Both the position numbers and the translations under genes were made by a program. Positions 10,570 to 21,404 of a stretch of 64,000 bases of DNA are shown piece after piece. The notes under the pieces were generated by a model. The model saw only the letters and a list, made by a program, of their open reading frames with translations, did no database searches and was not told where the DNA came from. Location of the stretch: contig OZ219753.1 of the NCBI GenBank assembly GCA_964291315.2, positions 1,728,001-1,792,000 of the forward strand. The letters are read 5' to 3'. Position 1 is the first letter of the stretch. Every line of letters starts with the position of its first letter. Origin of the DNA: Candidatus Poribacteria bacterium (lineage in GTDB: Bacteria; Poribacteria; WGA-4E; WGA-3G).

Positions 10570-12282
10570 CTACATGGACTCGGGGGCAGAGATGCCTAGT
10601 AGTGTTAATCCATTTTTCAACACTGTTTGCACGCTCTGTACCAGAATAAGGCGTGCATCCGTTCTTTCCATGTTCGACGAATCAAGAACGCGGTGTTGAT
10701 TGTAATACGGATGAAAAATTCCGGCAAGCTCATGGAGATAGTGCGGAATGCGGTGCGCCTCGCGCGCCTCTGCACTCAGAAGCACAACCGATGGAAACTC
10801 CGCTAACTTCCGAATCAACTCATGTTCCATCGGTTCAGTCAAGAGTTCCAAGGAAACTGTCCTAATGGGTTGCGGATCGATGCTCTGCTCTCTGCCCTGC
10901 TGGAAAATACTACAGCAACGAGCATGCGCATATTGAATGTAAAAGACAGGATTTTCACTGGCGTGTGTAACGGCTAACCCTATATTGAAATCAAGGTGGG
11001 TGTTATTGGCACGCATGAGAAAGAAATAGCGGGCAACATCCACTGCAAACTGCTCTCCGACAGTTTCTGCCAATTCATCAATGAGAACATCAAGCGTAAA
11101 GAACTGCCCCCGACGTTTTGACATATCTGCCCGCTCACCTTCTGAATTGATGATATTCACCTGTTGAATGATAGAGATTTCGAGCCAGTCGTCAGGCATA
11201 CCGAGTGCTTTGGCAAAGTTTTTGAGCCGTGGAATATGGCCCTGATGGTCGGGGCCAAGCAGATCGATGACCGTCGTGAACCCTCTTTTGAACTTATCGA
11301 GGTGATAGGCTGCATCAGGCACAAAATAGGTATACTCGCCATTGCTACGGATAACCACGCAGTCCTCCTCCTCATCGCTAAACTTTTTCATCCGAAACCA
11401 GGTCGCACCTTCCGCTTCATAAAGATACTGTTTCTCTTGAAAGAATTGGATGATTTCCTCTGGCTTCCCACTGTTCCGAATTGCTTTCTCACTCGACCAA
11501 ACATCGAAATGAACGCGGAAACGTTCCAAAGCAGTTTTTTGTTGTGCCAAGATGTGTGCAACGCCCTTATCTCGGAAGAGGGCAACCCGTTCTGCCGTCT
11601 CAAGTTGAAGGAGTCTATCCCCTTCGGCTTCAACAATAGCGGCCGCGAATTCCTGGAGGTATTCCCCTTGATACCCACCCTCTGGAATTTCCAAGTCTGT
11701 CTCGCCGAGCGCCTGTCGATAACGGACATCAATCGATGCACCCAGCCGCTCGACTTGGCCGCCAGCATCGTTGACGTAGTACTCGCGGATTGCCTTGTAA
11801 CCTATGGCATTTAGAAGGTTGACGAGGGTATCACCGACTGCTGCGGCGCGCCCGCTCACAATGTTAAGTGGGCCCGTGGGGTTGGCACTGACAAACTCAA
11901 TTTGTAGAAGCGCTCCCGCGCCTTTGTCGCACGTGCCGTACCGCGATTGTGCAGCATCGATTGTTCGGAGGGTATCATAGAGCCATTCGTCCGAGAGATG
12001 AATGTTTATAAAACCTGCCCCTGCAATGTCAATCTGGTGGATGGCTGAATGCGTGTCAAGATTGATATGCCTAACAATGATTTCGGCAATATTGCGGGGT
12101 GCCATCCGTGCCTGTTTTGCGAGTCCCAATGCAATGGGGGTGGCGATATCGCCGTGTTCAGGTGTCTTAGTTGGGGAAAAAGGAATATCCGGTACTTCAG
12201 CTATAGCGACTTCTCCAGATTCTATAGCGGCACGGATTGCATTTTTGAGAATAGTACAAACTTCTGTTTTAATTGCGTCCAT
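10570..12282 (-). CDS. argS: Arginine--tRNA ligase
   Basis: EFVSANPTGPL, EYYVNDAG, MSKRRG, NPVFYIQYAHAR, LLGISAPESM. Confidence 0.97.
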   Translation of the reverse strand: MDAIKTEVCTILKNAIRAAIESGEVAIAEVPDIPFSPTKTPEHGDIATPIALGLAKQARMAPRNIAEIIVRHINLDTHSAIHQIDIAGAGFINIHLSDEWLYDTLRTIDAAQSRYGTCDKGAGALLQIEFVSANPTGPLNIVSGRAAAVGDTLVNLLNAIGYKAIREYYVNDAGGQVERLGASIDVRYRQALGETDLEIPEGGYQGEYLQEFAAAIVEAEGDRLLQLETAERVALFRDKGVAHILAQQKTALERFRVHFDVWSSEKAIRNSGKPEEIIQFFQEKQYLYEAEGATWFRMKKFSDEEEDCVVIRSNGEYTYFVPDAAYHLDKFKRGFTTVIDLLGPDHQGHIPRLKNFAKALGMPDDWLEISIIQQVNIINSEGERADMSKRRGQFFTLDVLIDELAETVGEQFAVDVARYFFLMRANNTHLDFNIGLAVTHASENPVFYIQYAHARCCSIFQQGREQSIDPQPIRTVSLELLTEPMEHELIRKLAEFPSVVLLSAEAREAHRIPHYLHELAGIFHPYYNQHRVLDSSNMERTDARLILVQSVQTVLKNGLTLLGISAPESM

Positions 12283-12355
12283 AGTTAGGATATCAAGAGG
12301 CTGTATCAGCCATTTTTTCCTTATGAGATTCGAGACTTTGGCATTAACTAGCAGA

Positions 12356-12384
12356 ATTATAGCACAATAGGATACCTATGTCAA
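12356..12384 (-). promoter_or_regulatory. Sigma70 promoter of argS
   Basis: Minus strand TTGACA-N17-TATAAT with extended -10 TG. Confidence 0.8.
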
Positions 12385-12679
12385 AAAATCATTGGCAGGT
12401 TATCAATCGTCGGCAGCGCGCCTCTTCTAAAAGTGGCCATAGTAACGTGAGTTTGAAAGAGGTCTTAGAGATAAACAAAGATTTTACAGGCCACGAGGGG
12501 CACAGAGAGATGCTTCATATTATGGTTCTGCCTTCTCACCCGCCTCAGTAGCGATCGAATTTATGTCTATAGATTTTAGTGTGAGAGCCTATTTTCCAGA
12601 TTTTTCATTGACCTATTTCCGTAAATGTGCTAACATTTAGCGGGATCGTAGAAGAAACTGTTTTTCCTCACAGGTTCTC

Positions 12680-12708
12680 TTGACAAAGAACGAGCTGTTG
12701 TATATAAT
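12680..12708 (+). promoter_or_regulatory. Sigma70 promoter upstream of the DUF5069 gene
   Basis: TTGACA-N17-TATAAT. Confidence 0.7.
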
Positions 12709-12723
12709 TCTTTTCTGAATAAT

Positions 12724-12787
12724 TAACGTGATCTTGATAAATAATGGTTATTTTATTTGTGTAAAGAGCCCCTTTGGTATAATAAGG
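12724..12787 (+). mobile_element. Isolated copy of the IS982-like left end
   Basis: Aligns over ~60 nt with the reverse complement of 21062-21126, the upstream end of the IS982 remnant. Confidence 0.7.
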
Positions 12788-12973
12788 TTATTATATCTTT
12801 CCCCATCTGAGAAATTCGATCTGGGATGGAAAGTAGGAGCGATTAAGAGATGACACATCAATTTTGGAATTAAAAAAAGAAAGGGCATTGTCTGAAACGA
12901 ATCAGATCAGTTATAGAGCATATAGAAGACTTGTTTTCATAAATAAAGGTTTGAAAAACAAAGGATCATATAG

Positions 12974-13414
12974 ATGCCTGCTATACAGACCGACTTGACT
13001 CTTCAAAAACCGCGCGGCATACGCAACAAAGATGTAGCTGGGATTTACGGTGTTGCAAGAATGGCAGACAAGGCACGCGCTGCCGATATAGGCAAACTCG
13101 GTGGATATTCATACGGAAAAGCTTCGAAACACGATGCCGCGGTATTAGCCTTTCTGGGTGTATCTGCTGGGGATTTTCAGGTAGCCGCTGTTAACCACCC
13201 AAACAACGAAACACTAAGTGCATGGATACTCGAAACCTGCAGAAAAACGGCATCCGATATAGACGTTTTCAATCAGAAAAAGATGTTTCAAAATCAGAGC
13301 AGCCCTGCCGCGGAAACATTTACGGCTCACCGCCGCGAAATACAAAACAAACGCATCGACATCACGTCTTGGATAGGAGTCGTCTGGCGGTGGCGGCTCT
13401 GGTTTGGCAAGTAA
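12974..13414 (+). CDS. DUF5069-like protein
   Basis: PR....AGIYGVARMADKARA...G.LG.Y.YG...D..VL.FLG pattern. Confidence 0.7.
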   Translation: MPAIQTDLTLQKPRGIRNKDVAGIYGVARMADKARAADIGKLGGYSYGKASKHDAAVLAFLGVSAGDFQVAAVNHPNNETLSAWILETCRKTASDIDVFNQKKMFQNQSSPAAETFTAHRREIQNKRIDITSWIGVVWRWRLWFGK

Positions 13415-13497
13415 AACTAACAGCCCTGTCCCCGTAGGCGGACATAGATAACCCCCTCAATTTTTTGTGAAGAAATAACGCACAAGGAGTGACTGGT

Positions 13498-14928
13498 ATG
13501 TATCAAAACCGCACATTAGTCCGCGCCGATAACCTTGAGGAGATGCGAAAATTCCCTGACGAGTGCGTTGACTTAATCGCCACCGATCCGCCATTTAATT
13601 CCAAAAGAAACTACTTTGTTCCTTACCGCGACAGAGAAGGCAAAGAACCTGTCACACTCCGCAAAGCCTTTAACGATACTTGGACTTGGGGGGAAAATGC
13701 TTCCGAAACGTGTGAGTATTTGATAGTTAACGTGGGTGGGCAGATCGGTGACACCCTCCAAGGCTTACAGCAGTTTTTGGACGAAACGCCGATGATGGCG
13801 TATCTTGTGATGATGTCCGCCAGAATCACCGAAATGCACCGGATCCTCAAAAAGACGGGCAGTCTGTATCTGCATTGTGATCCGACAGCGAGTCACTACC
13901 TCAAAATCATACTCGATGCCGTGTTTGGTACACAGAATTTTAGAAATGAAATCGTGTGGCATTACAAACGATGGACAGCTGCCTCTAGGCGCTTTCAAAA
14001 AATGCACGACGTGATCTTCTGGTATTCTAAAACGGACGCTCATACCTTTACACAACCGTTACAACCTTTTTCTGATGAATCATATATCGAAAACACAGTG
14101 CGCGGTTTTGTCGACGGTAAACTGGTCCGATTAAAGCACAAAGACGGCAACTACGTCATGCGCAAAACCCAAAAAGAGGGGGTCTTGATGCACGATGTCT
14201 GGCATGACATCAACTTTATCCCGCCCTCAAGCACGGAACGGGCAGGCTATCCTACGCAGAAACCCATCGAGCTTTACAAACGCATTATACGAGCCTCGTC
14301 AAACGCAGGAGATCTCGTCTTAGACCCGTTTGCAGGTTGCGGGACAACGCTCATGGCAGCAGAGGAGTTAGGAAGGCAGTGGATAGGAATAGACTTAACC
14401 TATCTTGCGACAGGGGCAGTCAAAATTCAAGTTGAGAAATTTTTTCCACAGCTGCGAGACAGCGTAACGATCACAGGCACCCCGGAGGATATAACTACAG
14501 CTTTAGAGCTGGCTCGTGAGGATCCAACGGGCTTTGAAGAATGGTGTGTGACGCATGTTCTCAAATTTAAGGCAAATGCAAAGAAAGTCTCCGACGGCGG
14601 CATCGATGGCACTTTCAATTTTCCGTTAGGTAGGGTCCAAGGCAGGCAGAAGTATGGCAAAGCTGTCGCACAAATCAAAGGTGGTGGTTATACGTTGAGT
14701 CATGTTCGTGACTTCCGAACAGCGATGAGGAATGAAAACGCAGCTTTAGGCGTTTTCGTGGTCACAACACCCCCTACACAAGGCATGCTGACAGAGGCAT
14801 CTCGTGCAGGAACATACAAACATCCGAGTTACGAATTATCGATTCCAGCTCTCCAGATTTACGAGATCCAAGACCACTTCAGGGGTATTCCACCAAAGTT
14901 ACCGCTCGCCGAGCGAAGTGTCTTGTAA
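13498..14928 (+). CDS. Beta-class DNA amino-methyltransferase fused to a Mrr-like PD-(D/E)xK domain
   Basis: DPPF, LHCDPTASHYLK, YPTQKP, VLDPFAGCGTT; C-terminal FEEW...DGGIDG...AQIKGG. Confidence 0.88.
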   Translation: MYQNRTLVRADNLEEMRKFPDECVDLIATDPPFNSKRNYFVPYRDREGKEPVTLRKAFNDTWTWGENASETCEYLIVNVGGQIGDTLQGLQQFLDETPMMAYLVMMSARITEMHRILKKTGSLYLHCDPTASHYLKIILDAVFGTQNFRNEIVWHYKRWTAASRRFQKMHDVIFWYSKTDAHTFTQPLQPFSDESYIENTVRGFVDGKLVRLKHKDGNYVMRKTQKEGVLMHDVWHDINFIPPSSTERAGYPTQKPIELYKRIIRASSNAGDLVLDPFAGCGTTLMAAEELGRQWIGIDLTYLATGAVKIQVEKFFPQLRDSVTITGTPEDITTALELAREDPTGFEEWCVTHVLKFKANAKKVSDGGIDGTFNFPLGRVQGRQKYGKAVAQIKGGGYTLSHVRDFRTAMRNENAALGVFVVTTPPTQGMLTEASRAGTYKHPSYELSIPALQIYEIQDHFRGIPPKLPLAERSVL

Positions 14929-15186
14929 ACAGTTCGAGTCGATTCGGTTCGACGGAAGGCAAACTCTACACCGTGGATAGCAACGGCGATACCCTCTACT
15001 GGGGAAACTCACGCGGACGCATGCCTACAACAGGGAGCACAAAACTCACAAACGTGCTTCAGATGAAGAAACTTCAAGGTATATTACGTAAGTTGTTCTT
15101 GACTGTAATTATTATAGTTTTTAGCAAATTTTCGAATCGGTGCCCCCTTACGGGGCACCCATACCCCTCAGAGCAAGGAGAAAAAA

Positions 15187-16038
15187 ATGCGAACCTTCGT
15201 CTTTTTGACAGTTACTTGTGTAATTCTAATCGGTGCCGGCAGCGTCTATTGGCACCTGGATACAAAACAATTCATTAAGGAAATCACAAAACAAGCCCCA
15301 AATGATACGGAGCCCAATAAAAGTTCACATCCGCGCAGGGACAGCTCACAGTCACCCCCTGTCAATTCCGTTGTTAAGCAAGATTCACAATCCAAAGAAG
15401 TGTCTAAGCCCGCTTGGTGGAACGATATCTCACCCAATATCCTTGACTTGCAGGATGTACAGAATGGAGATCCGTGGGGCGAGATGCTCTCACAGGAAAG
15501 AGTTGAAGCGAGCAAGACACAAGAAGAATCCCCCCAGAAAACACCTATTAAAGATTTGGACCCAAACGATCCCTACGATTTATATGAAATGATGCTTGCT
15601 TCATATCTGAAGAAATTTGGAGATATTCCGGAGGTTCATATCCTTGTAGAGGGTTGGTTAAAAGGAAATCTAGGAATCATTATGACACCTGAGGAAGAAC
15701 TCGCTTATTTGGAGGCCATGAATTACTTAAATCCGCACCCATCAACACAACGGTCTATTGAAATGGCGCGGTTAGTGGTGGCAGGAGATTACGATACTTT
15801 AATAGAAAAATACGGCACGCCCATACCAGAATCGCAGCAGCCGTTCATAGATGTTAAGCCGTTCTTCGAGGAAAACGTTTGGGAAGAAGGTTTCCGTCTT
15901 CTCAGGGCATCAGATCCGAAGCGCGCTGCGGAGTTTGAAGAATTTCTCAGAGAAGAAGCACGTCAGAGTCCTCTTATGAACCTTGACGAAATTGAAGGAG
16001 CGATACAACGTTCTTACGCCCCTCGTCAAGAAAAGTAA
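15187..16038 (+). CDS. Hypothetical N-terminally anchored protein with EGFRLLRASDP motif
   Basis: AAGGAG RBS; N-terminal hydrophobic helix; low-complexity linker; helical C-terminal domain. Confidence 0.7.
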   Translation: MRTFVFLTVTCVILIGAGSVYWHLDTKQFIKEITKQAPNDTEPNKSSHPRRDSSQSPPVNSVVKQDSQSKEVSKPAWWNDISPNILDLQDVQNGDPWGEMLSQERVEASKTQEESPQKTPIKDLDPNDPYDLYEMMLASYLKKFGDIPEVHILVEGWLKGNLGIIMTPEEELAYLEAMNYLNPHPSTQRSIEMARLVVAGDYDTLIEKYGTPIPESQQPFIDVKPFFEENVWEEGFRLLRASDPKRAAEFEEFLREEARQSPLMNLDEIEGAIQRSYAPRQEK

Positions 16039-16064
16039 CCGCCACTTTTACTATCCAAGCGGAG

Positions 16065-17860
16065 TTGGAACACAGTATTCAAAGACTTCTCCGCAAAGAA
16101 ATGTCAGCGTTTATGATTTTAAAGCAATCCCCCCAAAAATTACAGACGAGAGATAGGTTTCTTGATAGCATGTGGTTGGTATTCGCCCTCCTTTTTGTTG
16201 TGTCGGGAATACCTCGTTTCTTGATGCTCTCTGCCCATTGGGGAAGTGACGAAGCGCGTTGGTTAAACAGAAGCTCACAGTTTATGACCGCTGTCCAACA
16301 AGGTGATTTTCCCAGCACTCTCATTGCTGACCACCCGGGTGTCACAACGATGTGGATTGCCGGACTTCGCCTCTTTTTTACCCAGCCTCAAGTAGATGTC
16401 GAAAATCTTGCAGATGCCCGGTGGTTTATCGGTATCGTGGTATTTATAGGCATGGGTATTGCCTGTTTCTTAATCTATAGACTCTTCGGGCAATGGGTGA
16501 CATTGGCGAGTTTCGCGTCTCTTATCTACTCCCCGCTCTTTCTGGCTCAGACGCGACGCGTTCACACGGATGCACTTGCAGCAACCTTTATCCTACTCAC
16601 AGTGCTGTTGTTTCTGCTCTATTGTCAAAACCAGCACCTTCTCCGGTATCTGATCTTTTCAGGGATTACCTTCGGACTAGCGTTGCTTTCGAAAAGCTAT
16701 GCCCTCATTTTATTGCCGTGGGTGCCGTTGTGCCTGCTTGTGTTTTCAGAAAATCAGAAAAAACTTTTTTCAATGCACTTCGCAGCAGGTCTTTGTTTTC
16801 TTAACTGTTCTACTCTGACCATCCTCGTCCTCTGGCCTGTTTTCTGGAGACCAATCTTTTGGGGGATGGCGCTTTGCCTTTTCGGGCTCACCTTTGTGCT
16901 GTTCCGAGATATGAAGGTCGAAAGGTGTCGCATATGGGTTATGAGTGCCGCTAGCACGGGACTCTGCCTAGTAGGGGTATATGCTGCAGAAACGATATGG
17001 CGAGTCTTCAAGGGAATCAATTGGGCTGTCACCACCCCACACGACATCGAACATTTCTTTCTCGGAAAAATTATCAACAACCCAGGCTGGCTTTTCTATC
17101 CTTTTGTGCTCACCATCAAAAGCACGCCATTGATGCTTCCACTCGTAATCCTCGGATGCCTCTTGTTGTGGAAAACGCGGAAATATTCAGAGGAGAACCA
17201 GCAGTATTTCCGTATTGCACTTGCACTCGTTGCCGGTGTTTTGCTTTTCATAGTGTGCCTTTCGGCGACAAGCAAAAAGTTTCCACGATATCTGTTACCA
17301 GCTTTTCCGATGTTAGAGATACTTGCAGGGATTGGTTTCATAGCAGGGTTAAAATGGGGTTATACCGCGCTGTGTTCACGGTTTGGCACCGAGGTCACTT
17401 CAAAATACAAAACGCCCCTTGCTACGCTAGCATGCGTGGGTTTCTTTTTAATTCAAGTTTTGCCTGTGATGGCACTTCACCCGTATTATGGTACCTACTA
17501 CAACCTCTGTTGGAAAGTAACAGACATAACGAAGATTATCACGGTAGGCGATGCCTCTGGTTTGGATATTGCAGCAGAGTATCTCAATCAGAAACCAAAC
17601 GCCCAGTATATGCAGGTACAAGTATCCCCAATAGTTACGCAGATTGTGAGACACTATTTCCGCGGGTATGCATATCCGGCGGATAGAAGTGGGGCGGGGC
17701 ATACCCCTAGTTACGAAGTTGTCTATATCCGAGATTCACAAATCGGCAGAGCAGCGAGCAAGGAGCACTGAATGGGGAGCTAGAGGCGGTTATCACTCTC
17801 AACGGCATTGACCACGTTTGGATTTACCGTGTCCCACCAATAGAGAAAGAACCACATTGA
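16065..17860 (+). CDS. ArnT/PMT-like (GT39/GT83) membrane glycosyltransferase with probable frameshift near the 3' end
   Basis: SDE..W, DHPG, multiple TM helices, LSKSY, KFPRYLLP; the ORF stops at 17771 but the -1 frame continues GALNGELEAVITLNGIDHVWIYRVP to TGA 17860. Confidence 0.78.
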
Positions 17861-17879
17861 TCGCAAAAATCCGACACGG

Positions 17880-18110
17880 TTGGGATATTTGGTTGCAGGT
17901 GTTCTACTAGCTTTTATCATCAAGATTTTTTTCGAACACACCGAACTGAAAAATGCCGCACAGCGAGTCAACAAGGCGCTGCAAACCCTCAAACAGTACG
18001 GACCTACGGAAGGACTCCGTAAACTCAAGGCATCAGACCCGGAAGTAGCAACTCACTTTGAACGCCTCCTTCGTTCCAAAGAGGACAGCACAGCAAAAAT
18101 ACACGAGTAA
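17880..18110 (+). CDS. Small membrane-anchored protein carrying the YGPTEGLRKLKASDP motif
   Basis: TM segment followed by a helical motif shared with 15187-16038. Confidence 0.6.
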   Translation: MGYLVAGVLLAFIIKIFFEHTELKNAAQRVNKALQTLKQYGPTEGLRKLKASDPEVATHFERLLRSKEDSTAKIHE

Positions 18111-18276
18111 AACCTACACCTATATCAGATTCATTGGTCTTATGCTAATTGCGTTTTTTATTTGCTTCAAAGCACTATCAATGTATCAGATGGATTTTTT
18201 TTAATTCACGTTATACTATCAAAAAAAAATAGCAGCTCGCTATGGCAAGTTTCAACGAAGAGGAGGCGGTACAACA

Positions 18277-19103
18277 ATGCGGGTACTGATTATGTCGGAT
18301 ATGGAGGGTGTCAGCGGTATCGTGGTCTGGGACCAGGTAACCGGTGGTGCGTCAATGTTTGAGGAAGGCAGACACCTCTACACGGAAGAAATTAACGCCG
18401 CCGTCCGGGGGGCAAAAGCTGCCGGAGCAACGGAAATCGTTGTCGTGGACTGCCACGGGGCAGGACAAGGTTGGACTTTCAACTCACTCATCCCTGATAA
18501 AATTCACCCAGATTGCGAATGGGTCGCGCATCATGGCTGGGGACGCTATGAAGATATGTGGAAAAGCGGGTGTGATGCCTGCCTGCTCATCGGGATGCAC
18601 GCCCGCAACGGCACGCCGGACGGCGTGTTGTGCCATACCATCTCCAGCGTACAATACCGCAATCTCTGGTTCAACGACGATCTGGTGGGTGAAACTGGCG
18701 TAAACGCTGCACTTAACGGAAGTCACGGTGTACCGATCGCCCTCGTCACAGGCGACGTGGCAGTGTGCCGAGAAGCAGAAGAACTCCTCGGCAACGCACT
18801 GCCCACAGTCGCTGTTAAAAAAGGACTCAGTCGATTTAGTGCGCGACAACTGCCCCCATCCGCGCCCGTCAATTGATCGAAGACGCGGCGAGAGATGCCC
18901 TTGTCGGTTTAAGAACGAAACATGTTCAGGTTAAGCCTTACGTTCCCGAGACCCCAACGACAATCAAAATTGAAGTCTCCAGCGTTGATAAGCTTGCAGA
19001 CTTCAAAGGCCGCGCTGGTGTTGAGATAACCGGCCCTGTCACCGCTCAAAGCCACGCAAAGGATTGGCTGACTGCCTGGAATCAGTTCTGGCCACACGTC
19101 TAA
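18277..19103 (+). pseudogene. M55 family D-aminopeptidase (DppA-like), split by a frameshift
   Basis: SDMEGVSG, VVDCHG, GMHA, GVLCHT motifs; adding one C to the C5 run at 18853-18857 joins the two ORFs as LPPIRARQLIE. Confidence 0.85.
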
Positions 19104-19522
19104 GATTCATCAAGCACATCAAGTGGATCCCCAGACACCTCTGCCCGTTCTAATATTTCAACTTCATAACCATCTGGATCGGTGATGAACGCCATTTTCA
19201 TCCCACCAGATGTGAACTGTTCGCGCCATTCATCGGGCCAAATTTCCAGTCCGGCTTTCTCCAATCCATCGCAAAATACTACAATGTCAGGCACACCGAT
19301 GGCGAAGTGCATGAGATCCTCTTGGACCTGAAGATCAAAGTCGGGTGAATAGGTTAGTTCTAGGGTGTGTGCGTTGCCAGGGAGTTCAAGATGCACAATC
19401 TGATTGCCTGCCGGTGATTTATCGCTCCGGCTGAGGACTTTGAACCCGAGATGCTCACAATACCATTTGATAGAATCGTCAAGGTCGCTGACGCGCACCC
19501 GTGTATGTAAAAAAATTGCCAT
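19100..19522 (-). CDS. VOC/glyoxalase family protein
   Basis: FLHTRVRVSDLDDSIKWY, LELTY, HFAIGV, AFITDPDGYEVEILE; AAGGAG RBS supports the 19522 start. Confidence 0.9.
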   Translation of the reverse strand: MAIFLHTRVRVSDLDDSIKWYCEHLGFKVLSRSDKSPAGNQIVHLELPGNAHTLELTYSPDFDLQVQEDLMHFAIGVPDIVVFCDGLEKAGLEIWPDEWREQFTSGGMKMAFITDPDGYEVEILERAEVSGDPLDVLDES

Positions 19523-19647
19523 AGAAATCTCCTTTTTGAGAATTGTAGGGATATGATAACGCACTCTACAAATTTTAGCAAGATGATTAAGGCGACTCTC
19601 GCGTGATCCTCTCTTCATACAAGAAGAAGCGAGAAAAATCATCAGAT

Positions 19648-20610
19648 CTAATAACTTCGCAGAACTGTCCCTTTTGCCCCAACAATCCAACCCATATTTT
19701 TACTTAGATGAATATTCTGCAAGTTATATTGGGCGGGGGTAGGATAACGGGTCCATGTGTTGCCACCGTCCATTGTGCGAAGGATTAATCCTTTTTCACC
19801 AATCGCCCATCCCCGTTGCTCGTCATGAAATGCGACATCCCGAAGGTTATGACGCACCAAACTCTGCTGCCGAATCCAGGATCTCCCGCTATCGGCGGTG
19901 TGAAGAATTAATCCGTTTGTACCGACAATCCAACCGTGCGTTAGACTTGCAAAGTGAACCCCAAATAGTGGCTGCTCAACGCCGCTTTTCTGTCTAATCC
20001 AGCGAACTCCGCCATCTTGGGTGTGAAGAACCTCACCTGATTCCCCGACAATCCAACCGTGCTCTGGATCTGCGAAATGGACGCTCCACAAGTGTTTATC
20101 TGAGAGGTTTCGCAAGCTTTCCCATCGACCACCGCCGTTTTCTGTCCAAAGAACCGTTCCTCTGCCGCCAACCACCCATCCTTCTGTTGTGTTGACAAAA
20201 TGGATATCTAATATTCCTGGCGGCTTCCCTCGACTCCGTATCTGGTGTTGGGTGCTCCAGGTCGTTCCACCGCTCCCGGTATAGTGTACTTTTCCGATAC
20301 TCGCAATCCAACCGTTATTTGATGTTGTAAAGCTAACATGCGTCAACGTATCTTTAGAGAGTGTAGATGATGTCCAACTCACTCCACCATCAATTGTAGA
20401 TAAGACCGTCCCTGCGCTGCCAACCGCCCAACCGCGTTTAGCATCCACAAAATCGACGCCGTAAAGATGCACATCGGTATTGCTCTCAATCTGTTGCCAC
20501 TCAAATTCTGTTGTGTCTTCGGAGCAACCGAAGACTATAAGACTACCGCATAAAATAATCAGGACAAAATACATCTCGTTCCCCATTTCTAAATGAAATT
20601 TGTATTGCAT
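19648..20610 (-). CDS. YCF48-like (BNR-repeat) beta-propeller lipoprotein
   Basis: Repeated F.D...GW.VG..G.VL.T.DGG..W units; lipobox VFG-C. Confidence 0.85.
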   Translation of the reverse strand: MQYKFHLEMGNEMYFVLIILCGSLIVFGCSEDTTEFEWQQIESNTDVHLYGVDFVDAKRGWAVGSAGTVLSTIDGGVSWTSSTLSKDTLTHVSFTTSNNGWIASIGKVHYTGSGGTTWSTQHQIRSRGKPPGILDIHFVNTTEGWVVGGRGTVLWTENGGGRWESLRNLSDKHLWSVHFADPEHGWIVGESGEVLHTQDGGVRWIRQKSGVEQPLFGVHFASLTHGWIVGTNGLILHTADSGRSWIRQQSLVRHNLRDVAFHDEQRGWAIGEKGLILRTMDGGNTWTRYPTPAQYNLQNIHLSKNMGWIVGAKGTVLRSY

Positions 20611-20696
20611 CTATTTTCTCAATCTTGATAGACTCTACTATTATAATGTGATATTGATAAAAGCGTCAGATTTTAAGAGGCGAGGTTCTCGGAGAA

Positions 20697-21126
20697 CTAC
20701 CGAAGTTCAGAAACGTTCAACGACGGCTTAACTTCCGAAAACTGATACGCCAGCAACGCAGCGTAGATATTCACTTCGCAGTTCTTAAAACCACGATGCC
20801 GAGTATGTTCCAACTGCATTTGACTCTTTAACTGACCTATCACCGTCTCAACCAGCAGCCGTCTTCTGAACAGTTCCTGATCTACCTCCGAATAGAGGCT
20901 GCCCACAGCCATGCTGCTGCGACTAAATTCGAGACCGGCTTGCGATCGTCCGTATTTCCAAGCGTCAACGATACCGCTAAGAGCTCTCCGCTGTCGTTGA
21001 TGAGCAGGTGCAGTTTCAAACCCATACCGCCATCCCCTAGCCGTCTTAGACCGACTTGATCTTTATTATACCAAAGAGGTTCTCTTTATACAAAGAAAAT
21101 AACCATTAGCTATCAAGCTCATGTTA
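20697..21126 (-). mobile_element. IS982-family transposase remnant (frameshifted, internally deleted) with its left end
   Basis: Fragments GWRYG/KLHLLINDSGELLAVSLTLGNTDDRKPV and RRLLVETVIGQLKSQMQLEHTRHR...AALLAYQF..KPSL; terminal repeat TAACATGAGCTTGATAG at 21126-21110. Confidence 0.82.
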
Positions 21127-21309
21127 TGATTATACAAATCCGAGTTTTATAGTTAAACTCTCTTTCATTAGAAAGGTAAAGCGGGCAAGGACGTATTCCG
21201 GGGCATTCCGCTTTTGAGTCGGCAGCGCTCAAGTGTCAGCAGCATCAGTGAGGAGGTGTGATATTTTGTGCCTACGAAAAGGAAAAAAGGCAAGGTAGCG
21301 GCTGTGGTT

Positions 21310-21353
21310 AAAAGACGTTGGGGGGTGCAACCTGTGTTCCACCCCCCAACGTC
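21310..21353 (-). terminator. Rho-independent terminator of the lamin-tail gene pair
   Basis: Perfect 14-bp stem GACGTTGGGGGGTG/CACCCCCCAACGTC followed by TTTT on the minus strand. Confidence 0.8.
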
Positions 21354-21404
21354 CTATTAGTTGATTTGTAAGGTTAGTTTGTCTATTTCTAACCGCTGTG
21401 TCTG

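Noticed and set aside
14973-15278. 101-aa ORF
   Set aside because: Overlaps the better-supported 15187 gene, spans a hairpin (15139-15159) and has no recognisable motif
19648-20610. Evidence of photosynthesis (YCF48)
   Set aside because: BNR-repeat propellers are widespread in non-phototrophs and no photosystem genes are present
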